Shown: positions 53,347 to 62,083 of the stretch, piece by piece
Numbering within the stretch: the first letter of the stretch is position 1
How the letters are laid out: each line of letters opens with the position of its first letter
From: an uncultured beta proteobacterium
Lineage (GTDB): Bacteria; Pseudomonadota; Gammaproteobacteria; Burkholderiales; Gallionellaceae
DNA: 64,000 nucleotides
Direction: 5' to 3'
Assembly (NCBI GenBank): GCA_963733265.1
Contig: CAVTCF010000006.1
Coordinates: 57,269 to 121,268 of the forward strand
Translations under genes and position numbers: made by a program
Notes under the pieces: generated by a model
Seen by the model: the letters and a program-made list of their open reading frames with translations, nothing else
Databases searched by the model: none
What the model was told of the DNA's origin: nothing

Positions 53347-53850
53347 TTATTGATCTGTATTCGAACAGGCAGGATCATTGGCTGCCGGCTGGTTGATGAT
53401 TGCTTTCAAATGAATGTTGCGCGGGAGCTCGTAGTGTTTTAGACATTCGTTATAGTCATTAATTAACGTGTCCATCTTCTTCACATGGTCGAACTCGATC
53501 TGAGGCTCATCGTGGCAATACTGCAGGACATCCATCCGGGCATAAAAGAGGGCGGTGCGTCCGCACTCTATCCATTCATGTAGGGTGATTTGATCGTTCT
53601 GCTGAACGTATTGGATTATTCTGCCGTGTTCATCGACGTTAAGCGGTGGCCTGGGTTCTGGCAGTTCGTACTGAGGCATCCATTTGTTAAAAAGTTGGAG
53701 CACAGTTTGGAGCTCTTCCCACTCTGTCTGATTGTCCTGATTTTTAGGAAGCGATCGGATAAGGGCTTTTAGCAATGAACGTTCGATCGCCCTGCGGCCG
53801 AATTGAATCCACTGATGCATCTCCTCAGTCAGTATGACTTGGTCGATCAT
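53347..53850 (-). CDS. hypothetical protein with two copies of a novel ~55-aa module
   Basis: The repeats MHQWIQFGRRAIE...LFNKWMPQYELPE and LHEWIECGRTALF...DYNECLKHYELPR are visible by eye. Confidence 0.55.
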   Translation of the reverse strand: MIDQVILTEEMHQWIQFGRRAIERSLLKALIRSLPKNQDNQTEWEELQTVLQLFNKWMPQYELPEPRPPLNVDEHGRIIQYVQQNDQITLHEWIECGRTALFYARMDVLQYCHDEPQIEFDHVKKMDTLINDYNECLKHYELPRNIHLKAIINQPAANDPACSNTDQ

Positions 53851-54095
53851 TGAGGATCCCCTTTGGGGCTGTCAGAACTGATTTGATCATTCCCCTTCGT
53901 CAATGAGCCGGTCTTAGGTAGCTCATACTGCGCCATCCATTTGTTGTACAGGTCGTGAAGCTTTTTGAGTTCTTCCAGCTCAATTGCATCGGCTGGCGTC
54001 AGGGTGCGAGGGCGGATAACGGCGTTCAGCATGGAGTACTCGATGGCCTGCCGTCCGGATTTGATCAATTGATGCATGATTTGTTTATTTAGCAT
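53847..54095 (-). CDS. hypothetical protein with one copy of the same ~55-aa module
   Basis: MHQLIKSGRQAIE...LYNKWMAQYELPK. The stop overlaps the start of 53347..53850 by 4 nt. Confidence 0.55.
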   Translation of the reverse strand: MLNKQIMHQLIKSGRQAIEYSMLNAVIRPRTLTPADAIELEELKKLHDLYNKWMAQYELPKTGSLTKGNDQISSDSPKGDPQ

Positions 54096-54127
54096 GTGTA
54101 GATTCCTTTTCTGATTTTGATTTTCAG

Positions 54128-54883
54128 TTAAGCGGCTTTACGCAACGCTTTGAAATACGGTGAGGCCGGATAGGTGGTCACCAAACGTTTGCCCTCTTTA
54201 GGGTTGTCGGTGATCACTAAAATTCGTTTCTTATTGGGATTTAAACAATACCGTGCCTCACGCTTGCCTGATTCGATGTTTCTCATATCGGCCCAAGGAC
54301 TGAGGCGCGATACTTCATGGACTCCCGAATCCGAGGCTAGCTCGACCAACTTCCGCCACGCCATGGATGTTCGCTTGTCGAGCGGAGTGTCATACAGAAA
54401 TCGTTCGGCGAAACGATCCAAAATGTGCTGGGTAACGATGACATCTCCAATGCCCCGCACGTGGATAGTTTCAAACTGTGGCCGGCTGACGAGCAAGTCT
54501 TCAACAGCGTTTGGCACGAAACCCTCGAACCAGCGCTTATCTTTGCTTACGCTCAGTTGGCAGCCGGCATAGCGCGTTGTTAAAAATTGCGCAAAGGGGA
54601 TTAAGTGCATCTTGTTTGATTTTCGAAGCATCAGTTTACGTATCGCCCCACTGGATACTGAAATTCGAATCCCGGCATTGCCGACGAGTTTTTGGCCGAG
54701 CACGCATTTTTGATCCAAGAGATGTTTTACGGCCGCAAGCTCCGCAGCAATAGCGCGGTCTTCAATATTTGCAGTAATCCGAATTTTTAGAACTCCTCGG
54801 GGATTAACAGGGCTGTTGGTCCAGTACACTAAAAACTGATCGGGTTCGCTGGTTGCTACGGCATAGGTTTTTAAAATGTTCAT
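54128..54883 (-). CDS. hypothetical protein (251 aa)
   Basis: The start MNILKTYAVATS follows GAGGAG; the ORF-track start at 54961 is unlikely. The C-terminal half contains ..VIVTQHILDRFAERF.., reminiscent of the T-x-H-A-x-x-R motif of small DUF4258/BrnT-like toxins (weak evidence). Confidence 0.55.
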   Translation of the reverse strand: MNILKTYAVATSEPDQFLVYWTNSPVNPRGVLKIRITANIEDRAIAAELAAVKHLLDQKCVLGQKLVGNAGIRISVSSGAIRKLMLRKSNKMHLIPFAQFLTTRYAGCQLSVSKDKRWFEGFVPNAVEDLLVSRPQFETIHVRGIGDVIVTQHILDRFAERFLYDTPLDKRTSMAWRKLVELASDSGVHEVSRLSPWADMRNIESGKREARYCLNPNKKRILVITDNPKEGKRLVTTYPASPYFKALRKAA

Positions 54884-54894
54884 CTTGTCTCTCC

Positions 54895-55380
54895 TCAAAA
54901 TAGGGTACGGGCAAACAACACCAGTAGAGAGATGAGGAAGGCGATACTGATAATCTGCCAACCTATGAGCCAGACTTTGTGGGGTGTCCAGCTATTGTCT
55001 ATCGTCCCCACTACAATGATTTGATCTGCCGCCATCCTGATTTGCTGGTCACCAATGTGGATCGTGCCGAGGGTGCGAAAGAAATTGGTTTCATACTGCA
55101 CGGTGACTCTGCATTCATCCACGCCATGTGGCTGAGTTGAGACGCCGTATTCGCGCATCAATTCGCAGCCGTCGTGTTTCAATATCAACACAGCCGGATT
55201 GATTTGCATCTGACCTGCGACATAAAAACCCACCCAGGCAAAATTTATAGTGGCGATCACAATAAGACCAAACAACCATCCTTGTGATCGATACCATGAT
55301 TTCTTATTAATAGTGCTGCAGTCGTTTGTAGAACTGTTTTTAGTTGACGAACTATCTTGCATTGATGAATTGTGTTGCAT
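54895..55380 (-). CDS. two-TM membrane protein with Cys-x-Cys central domain
   Basis: An N-terminal Ser/Asn-rich tail, a TM segment, ..LKHDGCELMREYGV...DECRVTVQYE.., then a C-terminal TM segment. Confidence 0.55.
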   Translation of the reverse strand: MQHNSSMQDSSSTKNSSTNDCSTINKKSWYRSQGWLFGLIVIATINFAWVGFYVAGQMQINPAVLILKHDGCELMREYGVSTQPHGVDECRVTVQYETNFFRTLGTIHIGDQQIRMAADQIIVVGTIDNSWTPHKVWLIGWQIISIAFLISLLVLFARTLF

Positions 55381-55668
55381 GAACTTCTCCTTTGGTTATG
55401 GAAACATTTTGCCTAAATCTTCCATTTACCAAAGCTTTATTTTTTGAGTGTGATGCGCGGTTTTAAAACAACGATAAAATTTTGCGTTAAAAAATATGCT
55501 CCCCGTCATATATAGACAATGAAAAATGTTTTGTAGATTCATAACGGCTGAACAAAATTCGCTATTCGGTGAATGGTGAGGTTGTGCTAGGCTAAAAAGC
55601 TTCGACTCAACAATTCAAAATGAGGTCGGGAAAACTCATTCCGGCTGATAAATATATATGGACTCCGA

Positions 55669-55878
55669 GTGATCCGTTTTAAAGACCAGATCAGGCTGCA
55701 TCAAGACGATATTGAACGAATAACTAAACTCACAGGGGATACTCCATCGGGGATTCAAACGGTTGAAGAGCTCAATACGTGGATCGATAGGCATATCGCG
55801 ATGGAAAATTACGGTACACCCGAAAGTCTCATGATCGCGCTGCTGTTAGAGGGTGAGAAATTAGATTCTGAATATTGA
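55669..55878 (+). CDS. hypothetical small protein (69 aa)
   Basis: GTG-initiated ORF at the head of the plus-strand orphan operon. Weak evidence only. Confidence 0.35.
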   Translation: MIRFKDQIRLHQDDIERITKLTGDTPSGIQTVEELNTWIDRHIAMENYGTPESLMIALLLEGEKLDSEY

Positions 55879-56157
55879 CGATAAAATAATTCTCCACGTC
55901 TCTCTTCAGCGGCGGCCAATAGCATTAGCCCCAACGTTTAATCCCCAAATAGGTCCGCATCGCCTTTCGCGCGACACTCAAAAACGCTCGTCAATTGTCA
56001 CCATTTACGCGCTCAAAAGGAATTAATTATTTTGAGCATGCGAACAATATTCAGTCGGATACATTAAATTCTATTTACGACTTCGCGCACCAAAAATAAT
56101 GCTTTGGTAAATCGGAGTTGTGCGTATATTTGGATACCTAAACCGAAAGGAGATGGT

Positions 56158-56715
56158 ATGTCATTTGATGTAAAACTCGTAATAGCAGTCGCAGGATTCC
56201 TGTTTAATGTGGTGATGATGTTTGGCTTGCTCGGCGTCATTCACCGAACCGAAACGCCACCCCTCCTTCAACTCACTTTGATTCAACCCAGCTGTGAGTT
56301 CGTCAAAAAAATCGGCATCAAAGCGGACGTGAATAACGGGATATGCACGATTACCATTCGCAACCGAAAAAATCCGGATGATGAAGGCGGCACCATTGAA
56401 GACAATGGAAACCAACTTGCCTCCATCAGTAGTGGACAGGTAATCAGCCGGCAACAGCTTGATGATGGCAGTGATGAACCGTGGTCGAAAGCGCATAAAT
56501 TGGCATTCAAATGGTTGCTCGCCCCTGCATTGTTCATGGCTTTTATTCTGTTTGTCTTGTCCTTAATCAAAGGTCTGCCAGAAGAAACCAAACCAAGATC
56601 CGAGAAACCGAAACCGGGCGAGTCTGAGGCGAATGCGGATAAACCTGATCACCCACTGGATACAGAATTACCCACATCCGGAATCTCGAACGATGACAAA
56701 CCGGAGGATAAATGA
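56158..56715 (+). CDS. two-TM membrane protein, paralogous in architecture to 54895..55380
   Basis: The start MSFDVK follows AAAGGAG. TM segment, ..IQPSCEFVKKIGIKADVNNGICTITIRN.., TM segment, and an acidic/Pro-rich tail. Confidence 0.6.
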   Translation: MSFDVKLVIAVAGFLFNVVMMFGLLGVIHRTETPPLLQLTLIQPSCEFVKKIGIKADVNNGICTITIRNRKNPDDEGGTIEDNGNQLASISSGQVISRQQLDDGSDEPWSKAHKLAFKWLLAPALFMAFILFVLSLIKGLPEETKPRSEKPKPGESEANADKPDHPLDTELPTSGISNDDKPEDK

Positions 56716-57017
56716 TGGAGAGCGCAAAAGAAAACATAGCGACAGAAGATCAGAAACCGTTGGTACAAGAAATCATTCAGCTGAGCGATGATTTTGGCGA
56801 GTTTGCGCATGTCAGTTCATTTCTGTGTCACGCCCTGGCCAATGCGCTGGCCGAACACGAGTGGCTCGATCAGGACATCATCGCTGGTGGCAGATTATGT
56901 TCAAACTGGTTGCAAAAGCGCACATCTCAATTGCGGGACGAAATGCGGCATGTACAAGAACGCTACATCGATGAGAGTCAGAATGCAGCTGATCCGACAC
57001 ATTCAGCACAGGAGTAG
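56712..57017 (+). CDS. hypothetical protein (101 aa)
   Basis: The start overlaps the upstream stop (ATGA). Acidic and probably helical. Confidence 0.5.
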   Translation: MMESAKENIATEDQKPLVQEIIQLSDDFGEFAHVSSFLCHALANALAEHEWLDQDIIAGGRLCSNWLQKRTSQLRDEMRHVQERYIDESQNAADPTHSAQE

Positions 57018-57024
57018 CAATCAG

Positions 57025-58896
57025 ATGCAAACAGAAAAAGGAATGAAGTGCATTAGGGTAGGGCTCCTGTTAATTTGTGGCTGTATCAGTGTGATGTTGT
57101 CAGGCTGCTCAAGTGATCCAGTCAAAGTCGCCATGATGCAGCAGGAAAAATCAACTGCAAATAATTCGGTCACATTTAATCCGCGCAATCCAACATTCAA
57201 ACTCGTTGTGGATCAGGATGATCGGGTAGCAAATATTTGCAGTATGTCGCAACAGTGCGAGGGGCTAACAAACGATGCCATTCTCATGTCTGAGGATAAC
57301 ATTGGACTTGGCTACTATAGTGCCAAAATTGATTGCGGGCATGGTTTCGTAGCAGGCCAAAGTGGATTCGGAGATTTTCGACAAAATCGAGAGTGTGACA
57401 GCCGATTCTATTCTACCTCGAGCTTGTTTTTAGTTCAGTGTATCGGGTTCGGCGTTTTAACTTATGGTCTTTGGACCGTTATGATGTGGACTGCACACGA
57501 GAAGTCGTTTGACATCGACGCGCTACGCGAGGTATCACTCAATGCGCGCTTGCCTGAATTGAAGAAGTTGCTGTTTTCACCAGAGACAAAACTTAACCGA
57601 GGCGATTCAATATCTGTGCTGTACCTCGATCTGGACGATCTTGATGCAGCCTACCAGAAAATCATACATTCTCCGATGAATGAAGATAGTGTCGTTCTGA
57701 TAGATGAAGACAGTCTCAAGCCCCTGTATGTCCTGAATATGAAAGCGTATCAGAACAGAGAATTGCCGGTGGCGGTCAATGCAGAGATTCTGGATATGCT
57801 GTCTGTCTTGCAATCACGCGGTATGCCAAATCAGGTTGCCAACGATCCAGTTATACAAAATCTAACGCCACCCACAATTGTGCAGCCAATACACCAGTCA
57901 CTGCCGCTATTTAAAAAGGGGGAATTTGAAACGCTGAGTGATTTTAATGAGCGGGTTGCCAAAACCAGTGCTGAGATTAATGAAGCTAATGACCAACTGG
58001 ATCAACAATATAAACGCGATGTAGAAAAACAGAAGCAGTACGTCAGTGCGTTGAAGAAGTCGCTGCAGGAATATTGGGATGACAGGGCAGAAGAACAAAC
58101 CGACCTGATTCGGAAACTTAAAAAACATAAAGCCAAATTGGCCCGGTTGTTGTATGCCCTGAACCTTGGGAAATTTACGGCAAGGGATATGGAGTATGAC
58201 GTAGAACATCGCTCCTTATATTTTATGGCCGAATCTTCACGCTACGGTTTCATACAAAAGATGGTGGCAAAAGTGCCGACGGATTCAGCAAAACTGATGA
58301 AGGGGGAGGCGCAATATGAGCTGATGCCGAAACTAAGTGAGCGGGATGGGCTGGTTAAATTGGAAGGTCTCACATTAGTAGAGACGCAATCGGGTGATGA
58401 TTTTGATGCGCATTACACGGATATCAATTACACGCCAGACGAAGTCAGTGTCCGGGTTGCGGAACGAAGCGAGCCAATTAAGCAGGGAGTAGCGGAAATC
58501 TTCAATGTTCATGTGAATCCACCGCAAGTCATTGAAGACACCCATGTGAAAGCAGTTTTATATACAGATGTAATAAAACACACCAATGCTAAAGCACCGG
58601 CCTGGTATGTGAATCCGGAACCTTCGGCCTATGTAAGGGGTTTCGGCGAGGGAACGACTCATGAGCAAGCAATGCAGGATGCGCTCAAGAATCTGGCCTA
58701 CAGCATTAAAACAACCATTACGTCCTCCATCGAGATTCAACAGGACACTCAGTTAGGAAACCATCCTGTTGTTACGGAACACACGAAAGCCGAAACCGAC
58801 GCAGATTTAAAGACAGGAGATTATTCGGTGATCAACCAGGAAGAAATGGATGGCCATAAATATGTGGTGTTGTGTTATCGGTGTAGTGGAAATTGA
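57025..58896 (+). CDS. large lipoprotein (about 623 aa) with coiled-coil middle and LPP20-like C-terminal region (tentative)
   Basis: The internal ATG at 57025 follows GGAG and gives MQTEKGMKCIRVGLLLICGCISVMLSGCSS (lipobox). The C-terminus ..GFGEGTTHEQAMQDALKNLAYSIKTTITS.. resembles LPP20-type lipoproteins. Confidence 0.6.
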   Translation: MQTEKGMKCIRVGLLLICGCISVMLSGCSSDPVKVAMMQQEKSTANNSVTFNPRNPTFKLVVDQDDRVANICSMSQQCEGLTNDAILMSEDNIGLGYYSAKIDCGHGFVAGQSGFGDFRQNRECDSRFYSTSSLFLVQCIGFGVLTYGLWTVMMWTAHEKSFDIDALREVSLNARLPELKKLLFSPETKLNRGDSISVLYLDLDDLDAAYQKIIHSPMNEDSVVLIDEDSLKPLYVLNMKAYQNRELPVAVNAEILDMLSVLQSRGMPNQVANDPVIQNLTPPTIVQPIHQSLPLFKKGEFETLSDFNERVAKTSAEINEANDQLDQQYKRDVEKQKQYVSALKKSLQEYWDDRAEEQTDLIRKLKKHKAKLARLLYALNLGKFTARDMEYDVEHRSLYFMAESSRYGFIQKMVAKVPTDSAKLMKGEAQYELMPKLSERDGLVKLEGLTLVETQSGDDFDAHYTDINYTPDEVSVRVAERSEPIKQGVAEIFNVHVNPPQVIEDTHVKAVLYTDVIKHTNAKAPAWYVNPEPSAYVRGFGEGTTHEQAMQDALKNLAYSIKTTITSSIEIQQDTQLGNHPVVTEHTKAETDADLKTGDYSVINQEEMDGHKYVVLCYRCSGN

Positions 58897-59048
58897 AAAA
58901 TAGTAAAAAAATTGAGTTTACCCGGCAAATTTTGGTGATTTCCTGGCATTTATTTACGAGGAGTCGCGAAAACCGCGTTTTCTCGCCGAAATATTGTCGC
59001 GCAGCTGTGCAATTATTTCTCAACTAATTATTTCGTTGAGGGAAAGAT

Positions 59049-60005
59049 ATGAAACTTAAATTTAGTAAACCAGATCGCAGTACCGTAATTTTTGTTGGAG
59101 CTCTATGCGTGACGTCTTTGGCGTTGGTTTTGTCTGTGGTTGCAGGGTTAGATAGGGCCAGCGGACTTTTTGATAAATTCCTGATGGCTGTGTTCTACGG
59201 CACATTTTGCCTGATTAGTCATTTGATCCTTTCGCTGACTAAAAAAAAGCTATCTATTGCTTTACGTTGTTTGGTACCAATTGTTTGGCTTTTTAGTTCA
59301 ATTGTGACAACGAGCAACCACGTATCGTTCTTAATCAAAGCTAATCGTCAAGCTGGTGAGGAGAGAGCCAAACTTTCGATTCCAATGGAATTTCATAACA
59401 ACGAAATGAAAGCAGTGGAAGTCGCTAGGTCAGCGATATCCGCTCGCAAAAAATCAGAAATAGAAACAGATATTGCAGCAACAATAGATCAAAAAAAAAT
59501 TCGTGCCCTGGATAGGGAATTGAATGAAGCCAAACGGAGGGATGTGCTTGACGATCGTTTTCTGGATTTGAGTCACGACTGGGTGGGAATCCAATCAACA
59601 GAATCAGTGGATCCATTCTTTCGCAAAATTGCGGAAATAACGAGTATTAATGATATTACCGTATCCATTATTTTTGATTTTTGCATGTCGATATTTTTGG
59701 AAATCGCTGGCGTCATTTTGTGGAGTGGGTATTCTCAATGCAAAAATGATGATCAAGAAAAAAGCGAGAAAGTTCAATCTTCAGGAGATCAGATAATCTC
59801 CACGAATAAGCCATCTGTTAATGAAATCCGCGCCTTTTTAGGCTGCGCTCAGGAAACGGCTGCGCAAGTTCATCGCACAATTGGTGGGCAACGTAGACGT
59901 ACACGAAAATCTAAAGCTCTGCCACCGAACGAAATCGTGGTTGAGAATCATCCTATGGTTGCTGAAAAGAAAAGGCTGAACAACAGATCAACTGAAGAAG
60001 TTTAA
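59049..60005 (+). CDS. membrane protein (318 aa): N-terminal 3-4 TM segments, coiled coil, further TM segment, basic tail
   Basis: Clean ORF with GAGGGAAAG upstream. No recognisable family. Confidence 0.55.
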   Translation: MKLKFSKPDRSTVIFVGALCVTSLALVLSVVAGLDRASGLFDKFLMAVFYGTFCLISHLILSLTKKKLSIALRCLVPIVWLFSSIVTTSNHVSFLIKANRQAGEERAKLSIPMEFHNNEMKAVEVARSAISARKKSEIETDIAATIDQKKIRALDRELNEAKRRDVLDDRFLDLSHDWVGIQSTESVDPFFRKIAEITSINDITVSIIFDFCMSIFLEIAGVILWSGYSQCKNDDQEKSEKVQSSGDQIISTNKPSVNEIRAFLGCAQETAAQVHRTIGGQRRRTRKSKALPPNEIVVENHPMVAEKKRLNNRSTEEV

Positions 60006-60133
60006 GTGATGAAACTTCAAGAAGTGCTTCGGAAAAGTGTCAACCTGTGTACATTGTGTGGACGACGGTTGAATGCGGAAGTGACGTTTTAAAAACTTTC
60101 CGTAAAAGAACCATTTTATGGAAAGTTCACACA

Positions 60134-60445
60134 ATGACATTACGTAACAATGTGGTTTTGCAGTTCCCAAAAAAAGACACACCAATAACTGTTAATCGGA
60201 AAGTTCCAATCCGGCTTGCGAACGCGAAGTACCGCAGCCGAGAGTACTTGACCGAGTTCGAAGTAAATCAACTCATTGGTGCAATCGCGAAAGTAGGTCG
60301 GCATGGACACCGAGATGCCACACTAATTATGCTGGGATATCGACATGGTTTAGCCTATCAGGCCGAGCTAGCAATTCTGTTAGGTGGCGTCCGCCATAAG
60401 CACGTTCCATACCTTCAAATTCTGCACTTCATACAACTAAGCTGA
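60134..60445 (+). pseudogene. 5' fragment of a FimB/FimE-type tyrosine recombinase
   Basis: ..SREYLTEFEVNQLIGAIAKVGRHGHRDATLIMLGYRHGL is the N-terminal third up to the box I Arg region. Homology ends near 60352 and the catalytic H-x-x-R/Tyr part is missing. Confidence 0.55.
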
Positions 60446-60522
60446 ATACAAAAATTGCAATCGCCGAAACAACTTTCAACGATTACAATTTTTGGTTATT
60501 ACTACAGCCGTAACAATCGACT

Positions 60523-60720
60523 TTATCGCCGATGTTTTGCTGCGTCACGCACATCCTTCTCACTTATCATGCCCGTTTCTTTTCGCATAGTTGAAAGCTT
60601 CGCATTGGGCGAAAATTGCGGAATTGGTACTGAGAGATTCTTGTTAAATGTGTCACCACGTTTTTGTTGAATTTCACCATCTTTGTCACGGTGACGATTA
60701 TCTAGTCCAGGTTCTTTCAT
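60523..60720 (-). CDS. small conserved-looking hypothetical protein (65 aa)
   Basis: MKEPGLDNRHRDKDGEIQQKRGDT...NAKLSTMRKETG.. resembles a small protein family I have seen next to mobile elements. Its function is unknown. Confidence 0.4.
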   Translation of the reverse strand: MKEPGLDNRHRDKDGEIQQKRGDTFNKNLSVPIPQFSPNAKLSTMRKETGMISEKDVRDAAKHRR

Positions 60721-61170
60721 TTTAATACCCTTTTTAAATGCAGCCTGATGTCAACTTGCAAAGATTTTTCAGTTGAGTCATTATTCGGCTGCCAGTTGAT
60801 ATGAAATTTTGGCCATCACCCCTCAAGTAGACTCTCCGACCAAGGACATCTAGTTGAGGGGCGTTTTTTTTGCTCTTGCAGCGGCCATTTTTTGCCGCAA
60901 GAGCCGATTATCTTCTCATCACATCACCTTTTACGTAATTACTCAAAACCACTATATCTAGTGTTCCGACAGCTAATTTTCGCTAATTCTAGTGCATCAT
61001 TCTATTTATGCAAGCAAATTCTATACCTATTTAATTATTTTTCATGAGGTTAAACTGATCACCCCTTTCCCCGCTTTTTACCATTGCATCGACATCTTCC
61101 CTGTACAGAAATCACAACTGAGTTGCCCTTAGTGATACCCTTCGCACCATCTTAATAAATCAAATAAAAA

Positions 61171-61551
61171 ATGTTCGAACAAGCATTCAAAAATATAGAC
61201 GACGTACTCTGGAAAGAAGCTGGCTGTGCCAGTGAGTTGGACTACACCGAGCAAACGTCATGGCTGCTGTTCCTGAAATTCCTTGATGGCCTAGAGCAAG
61301 ACAAGGCAATGGAAGCCGAACTGGAGGGAAAGAAATACAACTTCATACTCGACGCACCCTACCGATGGGAAAGTTGGGCTGCTCCCAAAGGCAAGGACGG
61401 TATCTATGACGGTGCAGTGGGTTCTGCAGGCTTCTTGTGTGAATCTTTTGACTACCTGAAAGCGCTGCCTAACCTGACTACCAGTGACATCAAGACATTG
61501 CAAGAACGCACCTTCTACCGCCAAAGCCAACGCCGAAAAGAATCTGCATAA
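61171..61551 (+). pseudogene. internally deleted, truncated hsdM remnant
   Basis: MFEQAFKNIDDVLWKEAGCASELDYTEQTSWLLFLKFLD.. is an HsdM_N N-terminus. It jumps straight to ..YDGAVGSAGFLCESFDYL.. (motif I region) and stops after ..LQERTFY. Confidence 0.65.
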
Positions 61552-61863
61552 TGCCATAGCACTGTTTGAAAGCCACTTGCAATCCGTCTTTGCAGATGCT
61601 TGGCAAACTGGTGAGTTGGTAACGCTCGCCGACTTGGCGACTGACATTACGGACGGCGATCACATGCCACCGCCCAAGGCTCCGAGCGGTGTTCCGTTCA
61701 TCACCATCGGAAATGTCGCCAAGAATACTCGCACAATTGATTTTACTGATACGTTCATGGTGTCGAGAGAGTATTTTGACAAATTGAAGGGTAATAAGAA
61801 GCCGCAAAAAGGAGATGTGCTTTACACGGTCACGGGTTCGTTTGGTATTCCTGTTTTGCTTAA
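61484..61863 (+). pseudogene. hsdS fragment truncated by the IS21 insertion
   Basis: ..NLHNAIALFESHLQSVF.. plus the TRD-like ..ITDGDHMPPPKAPSGVPFITIGNV...GDVLYTVTGSFGIPVL. The reading frame runs into the IS21 end at about 61864. Confidence 0.6.
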
Positions 61864-62083
61864 TGTGAATTATCGGCGCATAGGAGCCATTTCACTTTCG
61901 GCGTTATCGCGCCACTAAATTGTCGGCGTAATGGCGCCACTTTATTTCCGGCGTAAAGGAGCCACCGGATTGTCGGCGTTAAGGCGCCACTTTGCCATTT
62001 CTGATCAGAGGCTCGAACTTTCACTGAACGGCTAGACTCCCGGCATTTTGCTAGGAGAGGCCGTGACAAAACGGAGGTTCGAG

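Noticed and set aside
54128-54883. RNase H-like or BrnT/DUF4258-like assignment for the 251-aa orphan.
   Set aside because: The only support is short motif resemblances (..EDRAIAAELAAVKHLL.., ..VTQHILDRFAERF..) without the expected catalytic residues in order. That is too weak for a functional call.
60819-60905. Two consecutive hairpins: CCCCTCAA-N27-TTGAGGGG followed by T8, then GCTCTTGCaGCGGC..GCCGCAAGAGC.
   Set aside because: They look like terminators on the plus strand, but no intact plus-strand gene ends nearby. They are probably orphaned by the rearrangements that truncated the recombinase, so I did not list them as functional features.
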